From a virus, in IMG/VR virus record IMGVR_UViG_3300022166_000001: 63,164 nucleotides of DNA; one strand, 5' to 3'. Position numbers and translations under genes: made by a program. Under the pieces are notes generated by a model. That model was given only the letters and a program-made list of their open reading frames with translations. It did no database searches and had not been told where the DNA came from. This document shows, one piece after another, positions 45,123 to 51,394 of the stretch. Positions within the stretch are counted from its first letter, which is position 1. Each line of letters starts with the position of its first letter.

Positions 45123-45449
45123 TTAGTCTTTCTTAGACAAATAGAGAGCCATACGAGTAGCCAATGGGTAGGTTACTTCAGAGTACATGCTTTCAGTTTT
45201 GTACTTTTCAGGTACTTCAAAGGCATTAAACAAAGCATGCATACTGTTGAGTTCAGCTTTAGCGGTATCTTCTAATTTTGAGTAATGATCTTTCATACGT
45301 TTTTCGTAGTCAATATCTTTTGTTAGCTGTTCAATTTTAGCTTTCATGTCTTTGTTAGCTTCATAGATAGACTTTACTTCAGTATCAGTGAGAGTGATGT
45401 TGATTGTTTCGAGGTCAGTACCGTTGACGTTGATAGAGATTGTGTTCAT
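45123..45449 (-). CDS. Hypothetical coiled-coil protein, 108 aa
   Basis: Clean ORF with an RBS. Confidence 0.55.
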   Translation of the reverse strand: MNTISINVNGTDLETINITLTDTEVKSIYEANKDMKAKIEQLTKDIDYEKRMKDHYSKLEDTAKAELNSMHALFNAFEVPEKYKTESMYSEVTYPLATRMALYLSKKD

Positions 45450-45458
45450 GGTAGTTCC

Positions 45459-45713
45459 TTAGAGTGGTTGATATTGAGTGACAGTTACTTGTACAGGTTT
45501 TACTTCAACGATTTCTACGTCACCGTAGTCATAGTCGCTGTAGTAGTTACCTGAGCGATTGTGTGTTACAGCGTAGAATTTAGTATTGCATTTAACAATA
45601 TCTTGTTTAAAGGCATAATCTTTGAAGCTGATTTCCCATTCACCTTCTTCGATTACTTCAATATGACTATTGTATTCGTTATCGTCATCTAAGATTAGTT
45701 TGTGGATTGTCAT
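45459..45713 (-). CDS. Hypothetical protein, 84 aa
   Basis: Clean ORF. Confidence 0.55.
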   Translation of the reverse strand: MTIHKLILDDDNEYNSHIEVIEEGEWEISFKDYAFKQDIVKCNTKFYAVTHNRSGNYYSDYDYGDVEIVEVKPVQVTVTQYQPL

Positions 45714-45714
45714 A

Positions 45715-46248
45715 TTAAGCTCGCTTTTCGAGTTCAGCTAACACAGCTGCTTTAGCTAGGGCAAGTTCTTGGAGTTGTTTAACTACATAGGCATTTAATC
45801 CTGCATCAAGGTTGGACAGTTCGGTTTGTTTGTTTTTGATTCGTACAAGAAGCTCCATGAGGCTATCAGGGCAAGTCTTTTCAATGACTGCTCCGAATAC
45901 GATAGTTTGAGTGGTGATGATAGGTGTTGACATAGTGTTCTCCAAGGTACAGGGTTGAGTATTGCTGATGTTGACTTCAGCACAAGGGTTGGTTATTTCC
46001 CGAGCTACATAGTAACAGCAACTAACGGGGTCAAAAGTTAGAAGGTTTAGGGCTTTAGCTTTTATGCAGATAGAGTTAACAGAACGCTTTAGTTCTTTTG
46101 CTATTTGTAGAGATGACAGATTACCTGCATTGATTTCTACGCGTAGTAGCTGCATGTCATAGTTTGACCATATTTTACCATGGTTTTCTCTATGATTCGC
46201 TTCATCCTTCTGGATGATTAGGTATGTTGCGAATATGACTTGGTTCAT
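45715..46248 (-). CDS. Putative HTH DNA-binding protein
   Basis: WSNYDMQLLRVEINAGNLSSLQIAKELKRSVNSICIKAKAL is an HTH-like segment. Confidence 0.45.
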   Translation of the reverse strand: MNQVIFATYLIIQKDEANHRENHGKIWSNYDMQLLRVEINAGNLSSLQIAKELKRSVNSICIKAKALNLLTFDPVSCCYYVAREITNPCAEVNISNTQPCTLENTMSTPIITTQTIVFGAVIEKTCPDSLMELLVRIKNKQTELSNLDAGLNAYVVKQLQELALAKAAVLAELEKRA

Positions 46249-46514
46249 ACAAGTTCAACAGTTTCTTTGATACGCTTGATGTCAGTGTTCTTAACTTTAA
46301 CAACACGAACACGGCTTAGGTCAGCATTATCCCATTGTTCACGGATATCTTGGATGATTCGTTCTAGGGTGATATCACCAGCGAAATCCCATAACATATC
46401 TTCTTCAACGATACCATGCTCATCTACGGTGTAGATTAGGTATGTGTAATTTGCTTTATTGGTGTTAGGTTTATTGCCCTTTGACACGCTAGGCACGGTT
46501 TTGCTAGTAGCCAT
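46245..46514 (-). CDS. Hypothetical protein (start taken at MATSKT; the longest ORF extends to 46574)
   Basis: Overlaps the 3' end of the deaminase-like gene in another frame. ATGA overlap downstream. Confidence 0.4.
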   Translation of the reverse strand: MATSKTVPSVSKGNKPNTNKANYTYLIYTVDEHGIVEEDMLWDFAGDITLERIIQDIREQWDNADLSRVRVVKVKNTDIKRIKETVELV

Positions 46515-46753
46515 TTTCCTGACTTTCCTGTTCTGAAGATGTGAATAGAATGTGCTTTGGTTAGGTCTTTGCATCGGATGATAGCATCAATTTCAGCATG
46601 TAGGAATATTTTTTCAGGTAAACCTACAGCTGCAGCACATTCAGCTTGGAATGGGTGAGACTTCGTATAGTTGTTTTGACCTATACTTAGGACTCTACCT
46701 CGTTTATCATAGATGATTGCAGTTAGACTCTCCTTATTCCTGATCTTTGTCAA
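46436..46753 (-). CDS. Small cytidine/deoxycytidylate-deaminase-fold protein
   Basis: LHAEIDAI and PCLACQRAI zinc motifs in 105 aa. Confidence 0.6.
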   Translation of the reverse strand: MTKIRNKESLTAIIYDKRGRVLSIGQNNYTKSHPFQAECAAAVGLPEKIFLHAEIDAIIRCKDLTKAHSIHIFRTGKSGKWLLAKPCLACQRAINLTPIKQITHT

Positions 46754-46940
46754 ATGTTACTCCTGAACCTCTCACATACTTAACCCATATGAGTTTACCA
46801 TCTAGAAAGCATTTTTGAACACCTGTTATGGGATCAAACACAATACGCTCTTTATCTTTAACAGACTTCCTTACTTTTACAATGAGTTGTCTGTAGATTT
46901 CAGCGGCGTTTTCTGGATTCCTCGGCTGTAAGCTTGGCAT
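46734..46940 (-). CDS. Hypothetical protein, 68 aa
   Basis: Clean ORF. Confidence 0.5.
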   Translation of the reverse strand: MPSLQPRNPENAAEIYRQLIVKVRKSVKDKERIVFDPITGVQKCFLDGKLIWVKYVRGSGVTFDKDQE

Positions 46941-47073
46941 TTAGGTTCTTTCCTTTGTCTATTTCTCTTGAATCAAGGATTTCTTTACGTTTCTTTTCAG
47001 AGCGTCTATCGTACCATACTCTGAACAGCATCATAATGAGAAACCATACACTGAGTATAGCTAGCCAGATCAT
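46900..47073 (-). CDS. Small membrane protein, 57 aa
   Basis: MIWLAILSVWFLIMMLF followed by a basic tail. ATGA overlap with the upstream stop. Confidence 0.35.
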   Translation of the reverse strand: MIWLAILSVWFLIMMLFRVWYDRRSEKKRKEILDSREIDKGKNLNAKLTAEESRKRR

Positions 47074-47273
47074 GGTAGTTCTCTGACGATCGAAATCATT
47101 ACTTTAGCGCATGTTTTTTGTTTTTCTTCTGAGTGGTATAGGAATTCAGGGACAGAGATGTTATGACGCATTATGTTTTTGAACGCTTCATACTCGTTTT
47201 CGTCATCGAATGTTATAGACACATTTACAGGTCCAAACTTTGGTTTTTCTTTGGTTGATATGATTGTAATCAT
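47070..47273 (-). CDS. Hypothetical protein, 67 aa
   Basis: Clean ORF. Confidence 0.5.
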   Translation of the reverse strand: MITIISTKEKPKFGPVNVSITFDDENEYEAFKNIMRHNISVPEFLYHSEEKQKTCAKVMISIVRELP

Positions 47274-47591
47274 TTAGATAATCTCTGCTTTGATTGGTGT
47301 ACCATGCTCATCAAATGTTACTTTGATATTGTCAGCACAAGGTTGTTGATCAGCTGTAGCCCATACAGTGTTGTAACGGGTATCAATATGAACATGGATG
47401 TTAGCAGTAGTAGTCATAGGTTTAGAAGTGAATTCATACATATCACTACTTACACGGTAGACATCACCCGGGTGTTTGTATGGAGCTACTTTTTGCCATT
47501 CTTGGCTTTCATCTCTACGAAACGAGATAGTTTTACCAAATAGGAAGTCATTGACGATGGCTGGATGGAATCCACGATAGATTTTCTTCAT
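47274..47591 (-). CDS. Hypothetical protein, tandem paralog 1
   Basis: GKTISFRRDE...KVTFDEHGTPIKAEII parallels the next gene. Confidence 0.55.
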   Translation of the reverse strand: MKKIYRGFHPAIVNDFLFGKTISFRRDESQEWQKVAPYKHPGDVYRVSSDMYEFTSKPMTTTANIHVHIDTRYNTVWATADQQPCADNIKVTFDEHGTPIKAEII

Positions 47592-47891
47592 TTAGATTAC
47601 CTCTGCTTTGGTTAGTTTGTTATCTTCGAATGTTAGTTTGAGATTGTGGTATGGTTGTTTAGCATCCTCATGTACTGCGTCAGTGAATTGTGTATTATAA
47701 GCTCCATCTTTAAACACCTTAGTGTATCGCGCATGAGTTTCAGGTTTGATGCGATATTCGAAGTCATTAGGAAAAAAAGTAATTTCACCTTTGTATGGGT
47801 TTTTAATATTCCATCTTTGTAGTTTACTACGGTCTAACTCGCGATATTCAATAGTCTTACCAGCGATATAGGCTTTGATGATCTCAATCAT
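47592..47891 (-). CDS. Hypothetical protein, tandem paralog 2 (the longest ORF extends to 47963)
   Basis: GKTIEYRELD...LKLTFEDNKLTKAEVI. Start taken at MIEIIKAY. Confidence 0.5.
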   Translation of the reverse strand: MIEIIKAYIAGKTIEYRELDRSKLQRWNIKNPYKGEITFFPNDFEYRIKPETHARYTKVFKDGAYNTQFTDAVHEDAKQPYHNLKLTFEDNKLTKAEVI

Positions 47892-47892
47892 T

Positions 47893-48237
47893 TTAGTACT
47901 CCTTAGTAACGATATAACCACATTCTTTGTATGAAGATTCTTTAACCCTGAAGTAATCTTCAAAATGATAAGTTTTCATTGTTACACTACCGCTATTACT
48001 AGCATATTTTTGTAATCCACTCCAGATACTATCAGTTAGACGTCTTGTTGGACCTCCACCAGTAATATTTCCACAGATAGCAACAATAACATCTAACTGT
48101 TCTTGAGTTAACTCTACTTCATATACTTGTTCCTCTTTCTTTACTAGTTCTTCTACTTCTTTGTAAGTAGTAGTAACCACTGGAACCTCTTTGATAACCT
48201 TCTCATAGGATACATTGGTGTATTGATTAACATTCAT
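47893..48237 (-). CDS. Hypothetical protein, 114 aa
   Basis: First ORF downstream of motif P8. Confidence 0.55.
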   Translation of the reverse strand: MNVNQYTNVSYEKVIKEVPVVTTTYKEVEELVKKEEQVYEVELTQEQLDVIVAICGNITGGGPTRRLTDSIWSGLQKYASNSGSVTMKTYHFEDYFRVKESSYKECGYIVTKEY

Positions 48238-48327
48238 TGATTAACCTCTTTGATTAAAACTCTTTGATGATATTCTCTTAATTAATACTCTATTATTAAT
48301 AATCACCTACCTAACGGAGGAGGAAAA

Positions 48328-48347
48328 TTCCTAATAGGTACCGACTG
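48328..48347 (-). promoter_or_regulatory. Phage promoter-like motif P8 (CAGTCGGTACCTATTAGGAA on the minus strand)
   Basis: 18/20 match. Intergenic, 90 nt upstream of ATG 48237. Confidence 0.55.
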
Positions 48348-48365
48348 TGAAGTTGTTGATTTATA

Positions 48366-48725
48366 TCACTTTTTAGATTTAGACTCCTCTTTTTCGATGA
48401 TTTCATCTAACTTAGAGTTAACGGCTTTAAGGAGCTTAGAACCAAACTCTTTAGCTTCAGGTGTCTCGACAACACGCTCAACAGCGTAAGCACCAACCAT
48501 CAGATACATGGTTTTCTTAGCAGGTAAGAATACCATTAAGAAGGCTGTGACGATGATTACGATAAAAGATGCTTTAAACATTTTCTTTTCGGTATCACAC
48601 TCACGCCATGTAGTGGTTGCTAAGGTCATTCCTGAGATGAATGCTATGAAAGCAGCAATGATGAAACAGATTAATGACAGACATGCGAGGTTTTCGATGA
48701 CGTCAATGAGGTAGATTGTCCACAT
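48366..48725 (-). CDS. Membrane protein, 119 aa (2-3 TM)
   Basis: Hydrophobic segments LACLSLICFIIAAFIAFISGM and FIVIIVTAFLMVFL. Confidence 0.6.
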   Translation of the reverse strand: MWTIYLIDVIENLACLSLICFIIAAFIAFISGMTLATTTWRECDTEKKMFKASFIVIIVTAFLMVFLPAKKTMYLMVGAYAVERVVETPEAKEFGSKLLKAVNSKLDEIIEKEESKSKK

Positions 48726-48754
48726 ATGGATGTTCCTTTAGATGTTTTTGGATG

Positions 48755-48844
48755 ATGGTCTGATGGGTATTAAGTTAGTGGTTACTAACTATGAGTGTCT
48801 GAAAGGTATGGTCTGATAGTAAGTTAGCACTCACTAACTATCAG
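48755..48844. repeat. Two tandem units of about 40 nt, each containing a 6-bp-stem hairpin
   Basis: ATGGTCTGAT..AAGTTAG-n6-CTAACTAT.AG at 48755-48795 and 48808-48844, with a 53-nt period. Confidence 0.8.
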
Positions 48845-48974
48845 CTTTTGACACCCACAAAACACTCTCCACAAACCCCGATTTCTCCCGAGAATCTCCG
48901 CTATGACACTTCTCTGGGTATTTTCCTCTCAGAATATACCCAAGGAATGCCATAACGGTACCTTCTTGGAGCCG

Positions 48975-49202
48975 TTATTGGTGTTCCTTCTCTAGGTATG
49001 CGTCATAAGCGTATGCCTCTCGTTGGTACACTGTGAGTTCCTGTAGGTATTCTGCTAGTTTATTCTCCACTGTTGGTGCATTTACCTGTTTATCCAGTAT
49101 TTGGATGGTCTGTTGGTAGCCTTTCAGCAGAAAACATAGCACATTTACCTCTTCTGAGGACATTTCTAGAGAGAATGTCCCTCTATGCTTGGTTAGTCGC
49201 AT
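48975..49202 (-). CDS. Hypothetical early protein, 75 aa
   Basis: AGGAG RBS. Confidence 0.5.
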   Translation of the reverse strand: MRLTKHRGTFSLEMSSEEVNVLCFLLKGYQQTIQILDKQVNAPTVENKLAEYLQELTVYQREAYAYDAYLEKEHQ

Positions 49203-49283
49203 GATTTCTTCTCCTGTTTTGTGTTAAACCTACGAAATCTGTAGGAAGAGCGTTGTTTCAGCTCCTCCTTTGTGTATTTCTCC

Positions 49284-49532
49284 TTAGATTCGGACGAGTT
49301 GGTCATAAGTTGCTGTGTATTCTACCATAGTTCCGTCAAGATCTACGATAGTACACATCTGTTCGAGTGCTGCCTTGGTAGAAGCATAGGCGAATGCTAC
49401 AGGACGACCCTCGACATCAGCCGACATGAGAGCGTTACATGCGAATTCTTCGAGAGATTCGTAGAGAGCGTCCCAAGAGTCCATTCCGAACTGTTCTGGT
49501 GTGAGTGGGTTGAGCAAAAGGTATTTAGACAT
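49284..49532 (-). CDS. Hypothetical early acidic protein, 82 aa
   Basis: Clean ORF with a strong C-ending codon bias. Confidence 0.55.
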   Translation of the reverse strand: MSKYLLLNPLTPEQFGMDSWDALYESLEEFACNALMSADVEGRPVAFAYASTKAALEQMCTIVDLDGTMVEYTATYDQLVRI

Positions 49533-49558
49533 GATTTTCTCCTTGAAATGTCTGTGGA

Positions 49559-49888
49559 TTATTCAGCTGACTCGATGTTGTAGAACCAAACCTTTGGATC
49601 GTTACCACCAGCAGCAATAAAGCGTACCAGATCACCATTGTCGTAGGCTTTCTGGAGGTCTTTAGTGAGTGCCTTCAATGTCTCAGTGTGAGTGATACGA
49701 TCGATACGGCATTGACGCTTGTATCCATCAGAGCCTGTCGCTTCGATACTACGAGTGATCTCATTGAACGAGAGTTCTTTGATCTTCACAGGATTAGACA
49801 TACGATCTTCTCCCAATGGGTTGTTAGTAGAGAACAATACATCGATCTTGTTGATAGATGTGAATTTAGGTGTGAAAGCTTTAGTCAT
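49559..49888 (-). CDS. Hypothetical early protein, 109 aa
   Basis: AAGGAAA RBS. Confidence 0.55.
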   Translation of the reverse strand: MTKAFTPKFTSINKIDVLFSTNNPLGEDRMSNPVKIKELSFNEITRSIEATGSDGYKRQCRIDRITHTETLKALTKDLQKAYDNGDLVRFIAAGGNDPKVWFYNIESAE

Positions 49889-49969
49889 AATATTTCCTTT
49901 GAGTTGATGATTGTTGCTTGGTACCTACCCCAAGTGGTCTCTCCGTTATAAGCCCGAGAAGAGCATTAC

Positions 49970-50080
49970 TCAGTAGTAACGAACTACATCTACCATCGCT
50001 GGTAAATATTTGTTTAGCTCATTGACATCATTTGTCTTGGTGATCAAACGACCTGTCTGTTTAAAGTACACGTAGTACAT
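49970..50080 (-). CDS. Micro-ORF, 36 aa
   Basis: The ATG lies 1 nt after the upstream TAA, with an AAGGAGAG RBS. Confidence 0.3.
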   Translation of the reverse strand: MYYVYFKQTGRLITKTNDVNELNKYLPAMVDVVRYY

Positions 50081-50081
50081 A

Positions 50082-50249
50082 TTACTCTCCTTTGAGGTTG
50101 TAGTAATCAATGGTTTGTTGCAATGCGATCTCTTCGGCTTGGTCACGATGCATGTTAGCTTGGTACTCTAAAATACCAGCACGTTCTTCAAAGAACTCTC
50201 TTTGGACTTCATTCAAGGCTGATACCTTGATTTGGATCATTAACGACAT
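50082..50249 (-). CDS. Hypothetical early protein (the longest ORF extends to 50294)
   Basis: ATG 50249 is preceded by GAGGAG. Confidence 0.5.
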   Translation of the reverse strand: MSLMIQIKVSALNEVQREFFEERAGILEYQANMHRDQAEEIALQQTIDYYNLKGE

Positions 50250-50425
50250 ACGATCTCCTCTGCTTCGGTTAGTAAGATGAATAGTTGTGCACAAGCAGTG
50301 ACACCACTAAAGAACAAGACACCAACCAACAAGAGGTCATAGCCTTGTTGCTCAAGAGCGATCATAGCGTAGTGTACACAGTTAGCCCAGAACAATAGCA
50401 CTGAGCCGTGGATGAGGTATTTCAT
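50240..50425 (-). CDS. Small membrane protein (the longest ORF extends to 50467)
   Basis: ATG 50425 is preceded by GGAGAC. Two hydrophobic segments. Confidence 0.5.
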   Translation of the reverse strand: MKYLIHGSVLLFWANCVHYAMIALEQQGYDLLLVGVLFFSGVTACAQLFILLTEAEEIVCR

Positions 50426-50493
50426 GTTGGTCTCCTTAGAACATGACAGAGCAAGAGCGCTCTCCACAGGGCATAACCCTGTAGGCAGGACTC

Positions 50494-50865
50494 TTAGGCA
50501 ACAACGAGATCCTCAGCAGCCATGACCTCGTCGATCAAAGCAACGACAGCAACAGTACGACCACCAGACCAGATGGTAGAGACCAGCTCCTTGAGCAACA
50601 GGTACTGAGCAAGAGGAACATCACCAGCATGACCGTGAGCAGACGGCTCAGCCAACGCCCACAGGAACACCTTCAGGTCAGCAGCATAGCGATCACGGTC
50701 CTCAGCACGGAGAGGACACAGGTCAGACGACCAGTGCTCAACACGCCAACCACTGGAAGACGAGCGACACAAGCGGTGGTTGGACAGGCGAACAAACCAC
50801 ATACCAACACGGAACAAAGAACCAGTCAACACAGACCAAGAGCGGAACAAGACACGAGCAAACAT
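50494..50865 (-). CDS. First early gene candidate, 123 aa (upstream in-frame starts exist, up to GTG 51168)
   Basis: GGAGG lies 5 nt before ATG 50865. The C-terminal 100 aa look like ordinary protein sequence, while the N-terminal extension lies in the adenine-free tract. Confidence 0.45.
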   Translation of the reverse strand: MFARVLFRSWSVLTGSLFRVGMWFVRLSNHRLCRSSSSGWRVEHWSSDLCPLRAEDRDRYAADLKVFLWALAEPSAHGHAGDVPLAQYLLLKELVSTIWSGGRTVAVVALIDEVMAAEDLVVA

Positions 50866-51168
50866 AGGAACCTCCAAAGAAAGAAAGAAAGAGAACAGGT
50901 CAAGCAGCCCAGAGAGCCACAAGAGAACCACACAAACAGAACGAGTACACAGCACCAACCCAAAGAGGAAGGACAGACCACACGACACCCGCCACAACAG
51001 CGAGCAAACAGAAGCAGCAACCAACAGTGAGAAGAGAAAGAAGAGCAGACACAGGACACCTCCAAGAGAGAACAGAGACAAGGGACGACACGCCCGAGCA
51101 ACCACCACGACAGCCCAAGCAAAAGCAGGGGGGGACACGGAAGGAAGCACAAGGGCGAACCAACACAC
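50803..51168. other. Three-letter tract: only 7 T in 366 nt of the plus strand
   Basis: Manual count. The T positions are 50826, 50865, 50873, 50900, 50946, 51028 and 51061. Confidence 0.95.
50900..51052 (-). CDS. Speculative 50-aa hydrophobic peptide encoded almost without adenine
   Basis: GGAGG (51063-51059), a 6-nt spacer, GTG 51052, and TGA at 50902-50900. It may be an artefact of composition. Confidence 0.2.
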   Translation of the reverse strand: MSALLSLLTVGCCFCLLAVVAGVVWSVLPLWVGAVYSFCLCGSLVALWAA

Positions 51169-51350
51169 TTTAATCCTTTTTCACACACAAAGAAACTTTA
51201 CCCCACAGACTTCCTCCCACAGACACTCCCCAGAAAACTTCACTTTCCGATTCTTTCTGAAGAGTGGTAGGGGTACCCAAAAATTATAGTATATTTTCTC
51301 CCAAGAAAATAATAATAAATATTACTATGGGCTTTTATAAACGAAAGTAT

Positions 51351-51370
51351 TAGTCGGTTCCTATTAGGAA
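51351..51370 (+). promoter_or_regulatory. Phage promoter-like motif P9 (TAGTCGGTTCCTATTAGGAA)
   Basis: 18/20 match, 24 nt upstream of the terminase ATG. It heads the whole late arm. Confidence 0.6.
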
Positions 51371-51394
51371 AATCTATTTAATATAGGACACATA

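Noticed and set aside
48755-48844. CRISPR-like array
   Set aside because: There are only two imperfect units with a 12-nt spacer between them, and no further repeats or cas genes.
50803-51168. Diversity-generating retroelement (adenine-specific mutagenesis) as the cause of the A-depleted strand
   Set aside because: I found no reverse transcriptase gene and no template/variable repeat pair anywhere in the window.
51283-51288. Sigma-70 early promoter based on a perfect TATAAT on the minus strand
   Set aside because: There is no acceptable -35 hexamer at 16-18 nt spacing (TATTTT or ATTTTC) and no TG extension. It is kept only as an element within the leader finding.
50629-51289. Track ORFs 50629-51030(+), 50780-51289(+), 50826-51188(-), and most of 50900-51166(-)
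   Set aside because: They exist only because a strand lacking T (or A) cannot form stop codons. The plus-strand products are Lys/Arg/Glu/Gln/Thr low-complexity strings with no RBS. Only the SD-preceded starts on the minus strand were kept, as low-confidence candidates.
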